Of a DNA stretch of 64,000 nucleotides, positions 13,158 to 25,539 are shown piece by piece. The notes beneath the pieces are model-generated. The model was not told the DNA's origin. It did not search any database and saw only the letters and a list, made by a program, of their open reading frames with translations. A program made the translations under genes and the position numbers. This DNA comes from the human T2T-CHM13v2.0 reference genome, Homo sapiens. Each line of letters begins with the position of its first letter. The stretch's first letter is position 1. The stretch is taken from assembly GCF_009914755.1 (NCBI RefSeq), contig NC_060934.1; one strand, 5' to 3'.

Positions 13158-13947
13158 GTAAAAATCTATACACAATATCCTTTAGTCATTAGTTGAATGT
13201 GCACCAAAGCCACCATTTTCAATCAGAGGGATCACAAATTACTTCTCAGTTTCAGGTATTTTATATGAATATTTTCACAGTAATGCAATGAGAAAGTTAA
13301 TTTAATTAGCCCTATTTACCATTTGGGATACAAAATTGAGAAAAGAACATGTGCAAGAACACACATCTAAAAGCGTTAAACATGCATTTCTCCACCTTGT
13401 GCTATAAGAACAAAGCACATACGCTAATATTAGATGAATCATGATTCTTTCTTACTTCTGCAAGAGCTATCACATATATGAATCATTAATTTCAGTTTCA
13501 AATGATTTAAATAGAACTCAGAAAGATTCTGTGAGTCATGAGAGTCTCTAACTTAGTGATTTTACATCTTATCTCCATTTTCCTACAAGAAAACAGTTCT
13601 AGATTGCAGTCCATATCCCCCATATTTGAAAATGTATGTTACTTAAGATTTTCAAAGGATTATATAAAATAGTGGAGCCAAATAACTCACTTACTGTGCT
13701 CATAAAATGCCAGTCATTAATCTTCTAAACATACATGGTGGTGAGTAAGAAACTTCTGTCCATTAGTTGTTGGAAAAAATTAATGGCAGAGCTGAAATTC
13801 ATTTCTGATGACTGGCAACTTTTGTTTTAAAATCTTTTTATTTTTCATTTTTTAAGAGAAATTGCCTTTAAGTTTGTCAGCCTAGTAGCTCTGTGTTGCA
13901 TATAATAAAGAGGAAGCTTTATTTGTTTTAATATTCATTGTTAATAT

Positions 13948-14172
13948 TAAAGGTCAGGAAACTTTTTCTGTAAAGTGTCAGACAGCAAATACTTTAGGCA
14001 TTGTGGGACATACAGTGTCCCTTGCAACTACTCAGCTCTGACATTAGATCATGAAAGCAGCCACAGACAATGTGTAAATGAATGTGTGGCTGTGTTCAGC
14101 AAAACTTTACTTACAAAAGCAAGCAACAGGCTGGATTTGGCCCACTCAGCTGTAGTTGACAACTTTTGATCT
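13948..14172 (+). mobile_element. MER58A-like hAT/Charlie MITE
   Basis: About 220 bp: ggtcaggaaactttttctgtaaag...caactactcagctctg...gctggatttggccc. Confidence 0.8.
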
Positions 14173-14613
14173 ATATTAGGACAATAGTCACAAAACAGTA
14201 GAGAATATAGGAAACGTTCTATGCCAAGTTTAACAAAGAATAAAAGTTCAAAGACCTTTTAAATAAGTTTTTAAAAATATTCATAGTTTTATTATTCAAA
14301 TTAATTCAATCAGAGAATTTGAAATTTCGACCATAATTTAATATCAGAGTTAATGATTTTTACCATATAATTGTTTTCCTTATTATACTTTACTTTATTC
14401 TTATTTTCATTGTAACTTCAGAAAATAAAACTTGATTTTGGACCATACCAGTATAAAAGCCCCAAAGAGTTAAATTTATAAATTATCAGTATACTCTCTT
14501 GACATTTTGTTACTAAGTTCAAACAAGAAATGTGCTGTAACAACTGTGGTGAAATAATAATTTCAGTTCCAGGGAATCACAAAATGAACTTGTCCCCATA
14601 AATATATGATGAG

Positions 14614-14848
14614 TTATTGATTATCCTAACTTTGTTAAAACTCCAACCTTCCCTGGTTTTCATCTCAATGGTATAATGAGTTCTAAACATTTATCAACTG
14701 AGTTTGGAACCACAGAGATATTAGTGTAGATCTCATCTTTGTCATCTTGTGAACCTGAGCAAATTACTTAACCCAAGTCAGTGAGTTTCTTCATCCATAA
14801 AACTAGGTGCTTGTATCTTCATTCAACACCCCCGCTTACACTGTTGTT
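14614..14848 (+). repeat. Inverted repeat, left arm (contains MIR sequence)
   Basis: Reverse complement of 16370-16604. No indels and 4 mismatches in 235. Perfect match over 14672-14848. Confidence 0.97.
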
Positions 14849-15246
14849 ATTAAAGAATAAATAAGAAATAAATTCACTAAGAAATAAATTCAGTGGTCAA
14901 TGCTAAAATATAACAGTTTGAGACTTAACAATACAACATCACTAGCTCTTTCTTGTGTATTGAGGTACTTCAAGGGAATCTTTATAAGAGAGTTAAAGCC
15001 ATGGAAATGCACATGGACACACATGATTTCAACATCATTCTCCTCTTGGTGCTGTTACATGGCTAGGCTCAGAGTTCCTTCTCAAAGGAGGCTAAATTCT
15101 CATGATTCCACAAGACAAGTCTATTTCCTGTAACGGCCTTTGCTATTTCTCATCTCAGCCAACGAGCTCTACAGGAGTTGGTCACTGCACAGTCAATTAG
15201 CCAACCCCATGGCTCACATTATTGATTACATGTGAGCATTTGATTA

Positions 15247-15322
15247 CATTGAGATTATGTTTTCTTAAATGATATGTTGAGAACAAAACCTTAGTGGAGA
15301 CCTATTTCTGAAAATGCAATTT
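15247..15322 (+). repeat. Dispersed 76-bp third copy of 12826-12901
   Basis: cattgagattatgttttcttaaatgatatgttgagaacaaaaccttagtggagacctatttctgaaaatgcaattt has 3 mismatches against copy 1. Confidence 0.95.
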
Positions 15323-15649
15323 TCAGAATTGCAATTGATTATTGCTCCATGTTCTAGAACTTAAATATGCCCCTATATATTTATTTGCTTTTGAAAAAGT
15401 AGAAACTGTTTCCTCAGCGGACCACAGAAAAAAACACATATGTTGTACACATGTTTGTTATTAGGCAGAGTCTAATTCTGTTTCATACTGCCTTCATTAT
15501 TGATTTTGCAAATCTTCCCCTTTACTCTTGGTTCATTCACTCTCACATTTGGACTGACTTAAGCCCCATCTTCTGTTTTTTTTTTTTCCACTTTTCCAAT
15601 TCTGTTTTGTATGCCAAAGCACTAACACTCACACTTATGTAATTAGGCC

Positions 15650-16290
15650 AACAAACATGTATTGAACATACTAGGTTTCAGGCTCTATGAAAAGAACTGG
15701 GAGCAAACATACAGTCCCTCATGGAGAACATACCTAAATGGGAAGACAGATAAGCAGAACTAATGGTTAAAACATAATGTATGCATTAGATAATACTGAA
15801 CCACTTCAGAGTGAGATCTAACTCTGTCTGTTTTGGGAAGAAGTAAGAAGGATATAATGGTGAGCTGAATCCTGAAGAACATACAGAAGTTTTCCAGGCA
15901 GAAAAGAGTGTTCCAAGTAGAACATGAGTCACATGCGATGACATGGAGCTGTGTGAGTGCACAGAGCAGTCTGGGAACTAGGATCATTCAACATGGCCAT
16001 AGTAAAGGGCGAAGGAAGCTTTTGTGGTTAATGTGGGCAGAGATGAGCCTGGGTCACATCAGGTTTAGGAGTTTGAGCCGTTTATCTGACAGGTCACTGG
16101 ATTCCACTGATGAATTTTAAGAAGGATGGTGATATGATCAGATTTGCATTTTGGAAAGCCCCTAGGTGGAGAGTAGAATGAAGCCATGAGAGATTGAAGG
16201 CAGGGGGGTCAGGTGAGAAGGCCGCTGCAATAATTCAGAGAGGAGGGCCTCAAGTTATGGCAGTAGTAGTGCAGATAGAGAAAAGGGGAA
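15650..16290 (-). mobile_element. L2 fragment
   Basis: Antisense L2 motifs: caacaaacatgtattgaacatacta, tgatatgatcagatttgcattttggaaag. Confidence 0.75.
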
Positions 16291-16369
16291 CCAAAATGGA
16301 ACTCTTACGTGGATCCTATTATTTTACTATGTGCCAGGTACCAGGCTTTAACTTCATAAAATCCTTAAA

Positions 16370-16604
16370 AACAACAGTGTAAGCGGGGGTGTTGAATGAA
16401 GATACAAGCACCTAGTTTTATGGATGAAGAAACTCACTGACTTGGGTTAAGTAATTTGCTCAGGTTCACAAGATGACAAAGATGAGATCTACACTAATAT
16501 CTCTGTGGTTCCAAACTCAGTTGATAAATGTTTAGAACTCATTATATCATTGAGATGAAAACCAGGGAAGGTTGGAGTTTTAATAAAGTTAGAACAATCA
16601 ATAA
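16370..16604 (-). repeat. Inverted repeat, right arm (antisense MIR running into L2-like sequence)
   Basis: Reverse complement of 14614-14848. MIR-like sequence continues leftwards (tactatgtgccagg at about 16325) and L2-like sequence continues rightwards to about 16760. Confidence 0.97.
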
Positions 16605-19600
16605 TATCAAGTGCTGCAACAAAAGTTGAAAAAAAAATACCTGAGCAAAGTTCAAAGAATTAGGCAGTCATATATGGCGTCATAGGAAGGTAGTTTCCAA
16701 GTAGCCAGGAGGCTCGAGTCAGATGGCATAGGGAAGAGAAATGAATGAGAGGTGAGATGATGTGTAAACCTTAAGACACTTAGCAATAATAAAAATAAAG
16801 TGATCCTAAATATTCTGTAGCTTCCCAATTGCTTTCTATAGATTGTGTCTCAAAATAGTGAACTACTCAAAGTAAAGGGTAGTTACCCCTGCCTAGAATA
16901 ATATCTGGCAAATAGCAGATGCTCCCTAAATATTTGTTGAGTGAATAAACTTTCATCCTTAGCACTGATTCAGAAAAGAAACTAGAAATACTTAAAGCAT
17001 ATGTTTTGGACACAGATCTGTTGATGATGTCCAGCCCCAAAGGAAAAGTATCCATTCACTACTGTGTTTAAGGAATCTCTTATGCTCCCTTAAAAGTGGG
17101 AGAGAATGTCAGTAACAGGAAAATATGAAGTCAGATTAACTGTCTGAGGTCATATAATGCATCGAGGTGGAGGGTTGAGACAAAGGTTTCCTGGTTCCCA
17201 CTCAAAAGCTTCCAGATACCTTGCTCCCATATCCTTCTGCTCTAGTAGTAAATGTCTTTCTTTCTTTGATCTTTTCTTATGCTCTGCTCTTCACTAATCT
17301 TGATCTTATGTCCCAGCTCTGTTAATAGCTTTTGATGGCCTGAAGCTTCTTTCATTTATCACATGTGCAAATTGGAACTTAATTCCCAACATTACCTGAC
17401 ATGCATCCATTCACTTATTCTACAAATATTAAGTGCCTTTGTGCTAACAACATTGCTTCTGGCACTGTGAAAATAGCAAAGGACAGCGTGTTTCCCTCTC
17501 TCATAAAGCTAAGTCTACTTTTAAGGATTTCTCACCTACTTGGTATTATACCTACTGGATTTTACATCAACTGGATCTTACGTCATCCCTGCTTTGTGTT
17601 TGTGGTCTTCCTCCAGGCAGCTGACCAAATGCTCGCTGTTCTATTTGTAGCTAGGTCCAAACTATTAAGCATCACTGAGGTGAAATGATGGGGGTTGTAT
17701 TTTCCACTTAATTTTAAAGGCCTCTTCCTTCCTCTTTCAGATAACTCTTTTCAGATATCTTCAGTGGTTCTTTGGTTGACAGATAGGATTTGTTTTCATT
17801 GTCTCCAATCCTTCTGCTCAGAAATGTTTCAATTTATGAGTGGATCTGCCCTATTTTATTCTCTATTACTTTTGAGGGCAGTGAAGAAGTTTTCCTATGT
17901 CAATACTTCCTACTCATCATTTGAGTATAATAGGTAAACTACTGAGAACCTGGACCTTATTTTGTTCCTCTAATTTTATCTTTTGTACCAAAAATAAACA
18001 GCCTTCACAATCACATCTGTACCAAAATTAAATACATGGGAAACACTTTCTATCTGAAGGTATTAATATAAATATCATGTCATTTTCTTATTTAGGTTGT
18101 TTCTAGTATACATACTTTCCATTTTAAAGACATTTTAGGAAGTTTTTGTTTGTTTATTTTTTGACACCTCTTCACCATGAAGCAAATATTCTGAATCTAT
18201 GTGGTCTTCTGTTAACTTGTCTTTAGAGATTGTATCATTACCATTGCAAGAGTATAATAAAAACAGGCTTTCTGTGAGCATACGAAAAAAAGTGGTAAAA
18301 AAAAAAAGTCCTAGAGTTGACAAAACATGAGAGATTAGGAAATTTGAATGGCTTCATTTTAGGAATGAGGAAACCAGGTTGGAAGGATGAGGCTGTTATT
18401 TAAAGACTGGTGTTAGGGTATAGTTTCCATTTCTTTTCTTTACAACTGCTCACATGATGGGATCTTATTGCAGTATTTCTATGTGTGTGTATATATAACT
18501 CTTATCAGATTCTTGAAGAAGATTAAAAACTACCATTTGAGACTATTGATTTTAGAGTTCAGCTTGGACTATGATGCCCTCTTATGTGAAATCTGAAAAT
18601 ACATTTATGGATTTTGCTCACTGTGTGCATGGAAAAATTGCAAAAGCAGAAAGGCCCTTTTGAAGTTAACAATCAAATGTGGCCACTGGCAACCTTTTGG
18701 AGCTTTTTGACTCTTATTTGAATAATATATAAGATGGGAGTTGGAAGTATTGTTAGTATTGAGAAAATTTTCTTGCTCCAGAAATGGTCCGTTCTATCAA
18801 CCTGCCCATTAGGGATTCATTTAGTTAACCAAAATTGTTTTTTAAATTGATTATAATTTGTTCACCAGATTGATTCTGTGCCTCTCACATCTACTGCAAT
18901 GAATAAATAGAAGTTTGGTCTTGGCCAGGGAGGAATTCTTTTGAGAGGAGCATTCAGGAAGTCAGCCTGTGGGTATCTAGAGCTCTGAGAAAGATGGGTA
19001 GAGAGAAGACTGAAAAGGTGCCCCAAAACTCTGGGTTTTGATGCTGCCTTCAACCAAAATACTGCTTATATTGAAAGAAAGCGCACAGATACTGTATGTG
19101 TGAGCTCTTAGCAGACAATGCTCCTGGCATGTAGGATGGTCTTGCTTTGAACAAAGATACTCCAGGGTGTTGGAAAGGTAAAAGATTCACTGAGGATCAG
19201 GGTAAACATTCCTGAGCATATGGGCAAATGAACCTGAGAAAGGGTTTTGTGGAATGCTAAAATATTTATTTCTCCTTGCCTATAAACAATGTCAGCTCCT
19301 AACCTCTCCCCAAATAAACAATTGATGTTGGGAATAACTGGAGCTCATTAAGAAGGTTAGGAAAGGTATATGGCATTTGAAAGAACTGGCATTCAAGAGT
19401 GCATTGAGGTTGTGTTTACTTCAAAAGACAGATTATTAATTTTGACTGAATTGGCTAGACTGATGATTTCTTATCCAAAACAAAATCTCAACCATCCTAT
19501 TTATTAGACTGGTGCTTTTTTAAATGACTTTTTTCCCCCCTCAACAAACTGGTCAATATAGTGAATATAGTGACACTGGTTTGTGTATCTATAGAAAAAC

Positions 19601-19619
19601 TAAAAAAATAAAAGTTAAC

Positions 19620-19812
19620 TTCATTATCATTTATTGGTTATGTGATTGAGCAAATTACTTGATCTCTTTAGGCCTAAGTTTTGCCATTTGTAAAATGGTG
19701 CTAATAATAGTCCCGTCTCATTGGGTTGCTGTTAGGATGAAATGAGATATGCATGTATGCTTCTTAGAATAGTATTTGGCACACAGTAAGTACTCAGTCA
19801 GTGTTAGCCATC
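19620..19812 (+). mobile_element. MIR
   Basis: tgtgattgagcaaattacttgatctctttaggcct...tgtaaaatgg...ggatgaaatgagat...tggcacacagtaagtactca. Confidence 0.8.
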
Positions 19813-20271
19813 ACACTGTAAAGCCTGTCTGTTCTTGCTCCCAGACTAGAGTGCTCACACAGCACTCTAGTGCCATGCACAGATGGGTTAACCTGAAAGT
19901 TAAGATCAGGTGGTGGAGGAGAAGATATTAAGGTTTTCTAGCAGTCTTGTTTTCTCCTCCCTGTGACTGATCTGACTTCTGAACTCTTCTGTGGGTCTGA
20001 TCTGTGGGCTCCTCCTTCCTTGCCCTCCTTCCACTTTCAGTGTTCTGATGGCAGTTAGCATGACAAAGCCTATTTCTGACCTTCATGACCCCTACTTCCA
20101 TTCTTGTTTCTGTCCTAATGAGTAGGGCACATTAAAAAACTCCTACTCTCCTTTGCTTGGAGAATACTATACAATGAATTCTAGGTAGGTGAAGTTTTCA
20201 AAATTATTCAGTTGCTACCTGATAACCTGACCTTATTTTTTCTCTTTGTTCTATGAAAAAAATATATCTGA

Positions 20272-20605
<334 letters not shown>

Positions 20606-22160
20606 CTGAATTATATTAATTGGCAAAGTCTATTAGATTTCTTTTGAGGACTTTCATTATTTTATTTTTATATGTGTTTCTTTCTTCAAATGTTTTACAA
20701 TAAGCATATGCCATTTTTGTACTTGAAAAACCCCACATATGCAAATATAATCATATTACTCCTCTGCTTAAAATTCAATTTGTCCTATGTGTCCTAGCTC
20801 CCATCCTATTGAAAACTGGATTAAAAAGGATGTGGCAATTTTACAAATATCCTATTGTCTTTTTATGGCAATGCAGTTGCTGAATGACTGACTGAATTCT
20901 TGGAAACCCAGGAAACAGAATATTGGGGCCCCAAGATGATCTCTTCCCACTTAACATCTGGAGCTTAATTAAGGGCAAAGATCAAATCTTAAAAAAGTTT
21001 ATGTTTATTGTTTATAAACCAGATTCTTGTCCTATGTCTCTCTATGAGAATTTCCGCAAGGAAAGTTTCTGAATTCTTTCACAGATTTCCCTGTGGGAAT
21101 TCTCAGAGAGTTATATAGGATGAGAATCTGGCCTTCCTAGACTTTATGATATGTTTGGAAAGGGGAGTGGGAGCCCAGCTAAGTTATTTTTATTTTCTGC
21201 AGTATTCTTCTGGGAGAAGTTGTAATTTTTGAATCAAGATTTTATATGTTTTGAAATTTCCAAAGCCTTTTGAACAGCAGGGTCTAAACACTATTGTATT
21301 GTTTAGTAGCCTCAAACTTGGATTTGTACTTGTGGTTTGAGAAGATATTTCACAAATTTTTTAAATTTGGTGTTTCCTTTTATATGCTTCCTACAGTTAG
21401 AAAACCTTGGTATAAAATGCCATATTTATGTTGGAATTTGGATTTAAAAGCCTTTGATTAATAAAGTGGTTCTTTTTAAAACAGCAAGAGTCCACATTTA
21501 TGGAGAATTTTTATCAGTAAAACTTTACATAAAACAGCTGTAAACAGTCTACTACGTTAATTTGACAGGCAAATTAAAAAATGGTATAACAGTGTGAAAG
21601 ATAATACAGCATGTTTCCCAAAAAGGTCAAAGTGCCAACAGAGCTGAATAAAATGGTACTCTTGTTCCTTGAGGCCACTCAAAGGCCAGCTCCTGAAATA
21701 TGAGCCATAGCCCTTTAAATATCTGTGTTATTATGACAATGCCAAGGACTTTAGCCATAACTTCCACATCTAGCCTAGAGGATGGGAACAAAGAAAGTGC
21801 ATTAAAAATGTTCTTCAAGCTTAGGACATCAGCAAGTTATTTTCTTTGGAATCTTTACCGTTTTGGCTTTTTGTTGTTCATGTGTCACAACTTTATGCAC
21901 TATAGAAGCCTTCTCTTTAAGATGCAGATACGAATACTGTTTTAAGTGATCATGTTGACATTCCTGCCTCACTCTATGTTGTATAATTACTCACTTTCCC
22001 TTTTGGAGTTAGTGATCTGAAACTGATTTCTATTGACTTTTAAAATACATAAAAATATTCACATAAAATGAAGCCAAGTTTTAGTAAGAATGTCCAGAAT
22101 GGAAAGTTCAGGATGGAAAAAGTGAGCTTTTGTCTTTTTTTTTTTTTTTTAAATTCCTAG

Positions 22161-22301
22161 GTGGAGATGTAGGAAGAAACAGCCACATTTTTGCCTCATC
22201 GAAGCTAAAGATTCAACAGAATTTTTTTACTGCATGCCTATATGTGCTAAATGCTTTCCCATGTTATCTTGTTTGTTTCTTGCAATAAATTAGTTATCCT
22301 G
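22161..22301 (+). other. Candidate 141-nt exon, 3' part derived from an antisense MIR
   Basis: Long T tract followed by aaattcctAG| as acceptor, and a consensus CTG|GTAAGT donor. Confidence 0.35.
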
Positions 22302-22450
22302 GTAAGTAAGGATAACTAACTTGGAGTTAAAGTTCAGGAAATAAAAGCTCAGAGGTAAAATGACTTTTCCTCAGTCACTCAGATGTATGTGGCCCATTTG
22401 AAACTTGGATCTAACCTTGACTCCTAACACTGGGCTCTGCTCACTATAAT
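22225..22450 (-). mobile_element. MIR (degenerate)
   Basis: gtgctaaatgctttcccatgttatct and ggaaataaaagctcagaggtaaaatgacttttcctcagtcactcag. Confidence 0.55.
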
Positions 22451-23698
22451 ACAACATAAAACTTGAAGACAGTATATTAGTTAGTTTAGAAAAGATGCAT
22501 TGTTAATCCATCACATTGTGCTATACCTGTGAATACTTCTTTCATTATGATGTTATTGAAAATAGCAGTGTTTCCTCAACTTTAGCCATCCAAAATGGCT
22601 GTTTGTTTCATCAAAGCCTTACAAAATCTGATGTTAAAAATATCCTGAAGAAATAGCTAAAAAGGCTCTCATTTGAGATAAGAATCAAACATACAATTTC
22701 TTTCTTCTGTCTCTATTAGCAGAGTTCTCATGGAATTGCACAAGTGGTTCAAGCAGTCAGGATAAGTTGGTTACACCTCTCCATCTACTAAAACTTAACC
22801 ACATCTCGGGGTATGTGTGTATACAATGGAGTATATACTACAAATGGTGTTTAAGTTCCTGGGATAAAGAAGTCTTTACAAATGGTATGGAGAACCTAGG
22901 AGTTTTCTATTACAGCAGATAACCTGTTGGTTCCAGGGAAAGAGAGTCCTTTCTGTAAAGGACTGTATATACTACAGATACCCCTAAAAAGCAATTTTCT
23001 TAATGACTTTGCTCTGAGAGCCTGGCCTACTTTCTCCTGTTCTCTCTTGCTGAGCCCTGAAAGGTGAGCCCCAATTTGCGCAGAGTTGCTTAACCACTCC
23101 ACTGGCCAACCTTAAGGTTAGGGAGGCCTAGATTCCTTAGGATTCCCTTTAAATCTGACCTCAGATTGTTTGCTAAAGCCTATTGCAGGGTTCATATGGT
23201 GCAAAGTGGGGCATTAGCAGCCCCCTCCCACCCACAGACATACTATCTAAGTGCAAATGGTGTCCTTGCTGTGCAAATGGTATTTAAAGGAAGTCTCCTA
23301 GCTCTTCCTTCCAAGAAAGCTGATGCTTCTGAAACCTCTAAACCCAGAACTAACTCTAGCCAAAAGGAATCTAGAAACATAATGCAAGAATTCTGTCTTA
23401 GAGATCATTCATATGGCCACTGCCAGAAGACTAGTCTATCAGGGGCCACTCTCCCAGGATCTGAGTACTCCTCTGTCCATCAGGAACTCTGACTTCACCA
23501 TGGAGAACAAGAGGTGAGGAGAGTCGAGGAAAACAAGACTGATTCAATGTTTTCTTTTTTTTCCAAGTCACGATCTTTATTTTTCAGGTTTAATTCCTGT
23601 TTCTTTTTATTCTTTTGCATTTTTAAAGATGTAACAATCAGAAGGAAAAAACTATTAAACTATTCAGTTGCCTTTTGAAAAAAAATTTGATTTCTTCA

Positions 23699-24196
<498 letters not shown>

Positions 24197-24395
24197 TCAT
24201 GTCTATTAAGATCCTGGAGGAGGGCTAGTATATAATAGGCGTGCAATTTATAGAGCCAATATTTTTATTATTATACATAATATCATGTAAAGACTAGATC
24301 TTTCTTTTTGGTCACCAGAGTGCCATATAAACTGTTAAGACGTACAGTCCATTAAATATAAAGCTGGCTGATGCTAACTGATTTTTCAATACAGC

Positions 24396-24835
24396 TATCT
24401 TAGTTTTCTAGGTCTATTGTACAAATTATCACAAATTTGATGGCCTAAAACAATATAAATTTATTCTTACACAGTTTTGGAAGCCAGAAGTCCAAACTCA
24501 AGGTGTTGTAGGGTCATACTCCTTACAGAGGCTCTAGTGGCAAATCTGTTCCATAGCTCTTCTAGTTTCAGATGGTTGCTGGCTTCTTTACTTGCAGCTA
24601 TGTCACTCAAGTCTCTGCCTCTTTTATCACATTGCCTTCTTCTCTGCGTATCTCTTAGGAGGACATTTATTGTATATAGAGCCCACCTGGATAATCCAGA
24701 ATGACCCTCATCTCAGGAGCCATAACTTAATTACATCTGCTAAGACAATTTTTCCAAATAAGATAACATTTACAGATTCCAAAGGTCATAATGTGAACAT
24801 ACGTGGGGAGGAAGCATCCTTCAATTTACTACAAT
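24396..24835 (-). mobile_element. MaLR LTR (MLT1-type)
   Basis: gcccacctggataatccag, aacttaattacatctgc, aatttattcttacacagttttggaagccagaagtcc. Confidence 0.8.
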
Positions 24836-25539
24836 AGCAGTTTGAGTTTAGGCGCTAATGCTATGTTTGAATTATAAGGGTGTGTCTGGCTTTGGTTATG
24901 TTTTAGAAAGTTACTTGTGCCTGAGCACATCACCTGAATGCCTGGCTACTCTTAATCAGATCAAGTCTATACCTATAACCCTAAAATAGAGAGGGCCCAA
25001 AGGGCCCCTTCTTGGGAAGTCTCAGGCAAGCCCTTGCATGTGGTCCAAAATGTTTCTGAGGCATATGCTGAGACCACTGAGGAACGTCCCACCCCTGTTT
25101 CATGGGATAAGAAAAGTATCAGTTCCTTGGGAGATGAGAGGCTGCAGGAACAAGCCTATCACTCTCTGCCAGCAAAGTAACAGCTTGGAGAGGTAACCAA
25201 ACCCTTAACTCCCCCTTTCTGCCAAGGGTCCTCCCTTTTCTTCATTACTTGGTTTCAGGTGAACAGGAAGCGTTATTAATATTGTTGATGATATTTTACC
25301 CATAGCCTATGATTCTGTGTGCCCTGTCCTTTCTGTGTAAAGCCCTACTCATAGAATAAAAAGAAGCTTCTCTTTATTCACCTCTGAAAGAAAAATATGT
25401 AGCGTTTAATCAGACTAGCAAACGCTAACAATTAAGGATCCAACATATTGCTGTTTACCCAAGCTTTAAAAGCTAATCATCTGTGACACGGCCTTGTCCC
25501 TCATGCAGTCACTCTGTAGGCAGTTCTAATATCTTCAAA

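Noticed and set aside
12781-15322. Three copies of one sequence as a CRISPR-like or satellite array
   Set aside because: The context is eukaryotic, the spacing irregular and there is no repeat-spacer periodicity. Local duplication explains it.
14614-16604. Inverted arms as the terminal inverted repeats of a DNA transposon
   Set aside because: There is no TSD or transposase remnant, and the arms consist of MIR plus flank embedded in a continuous L2 context.
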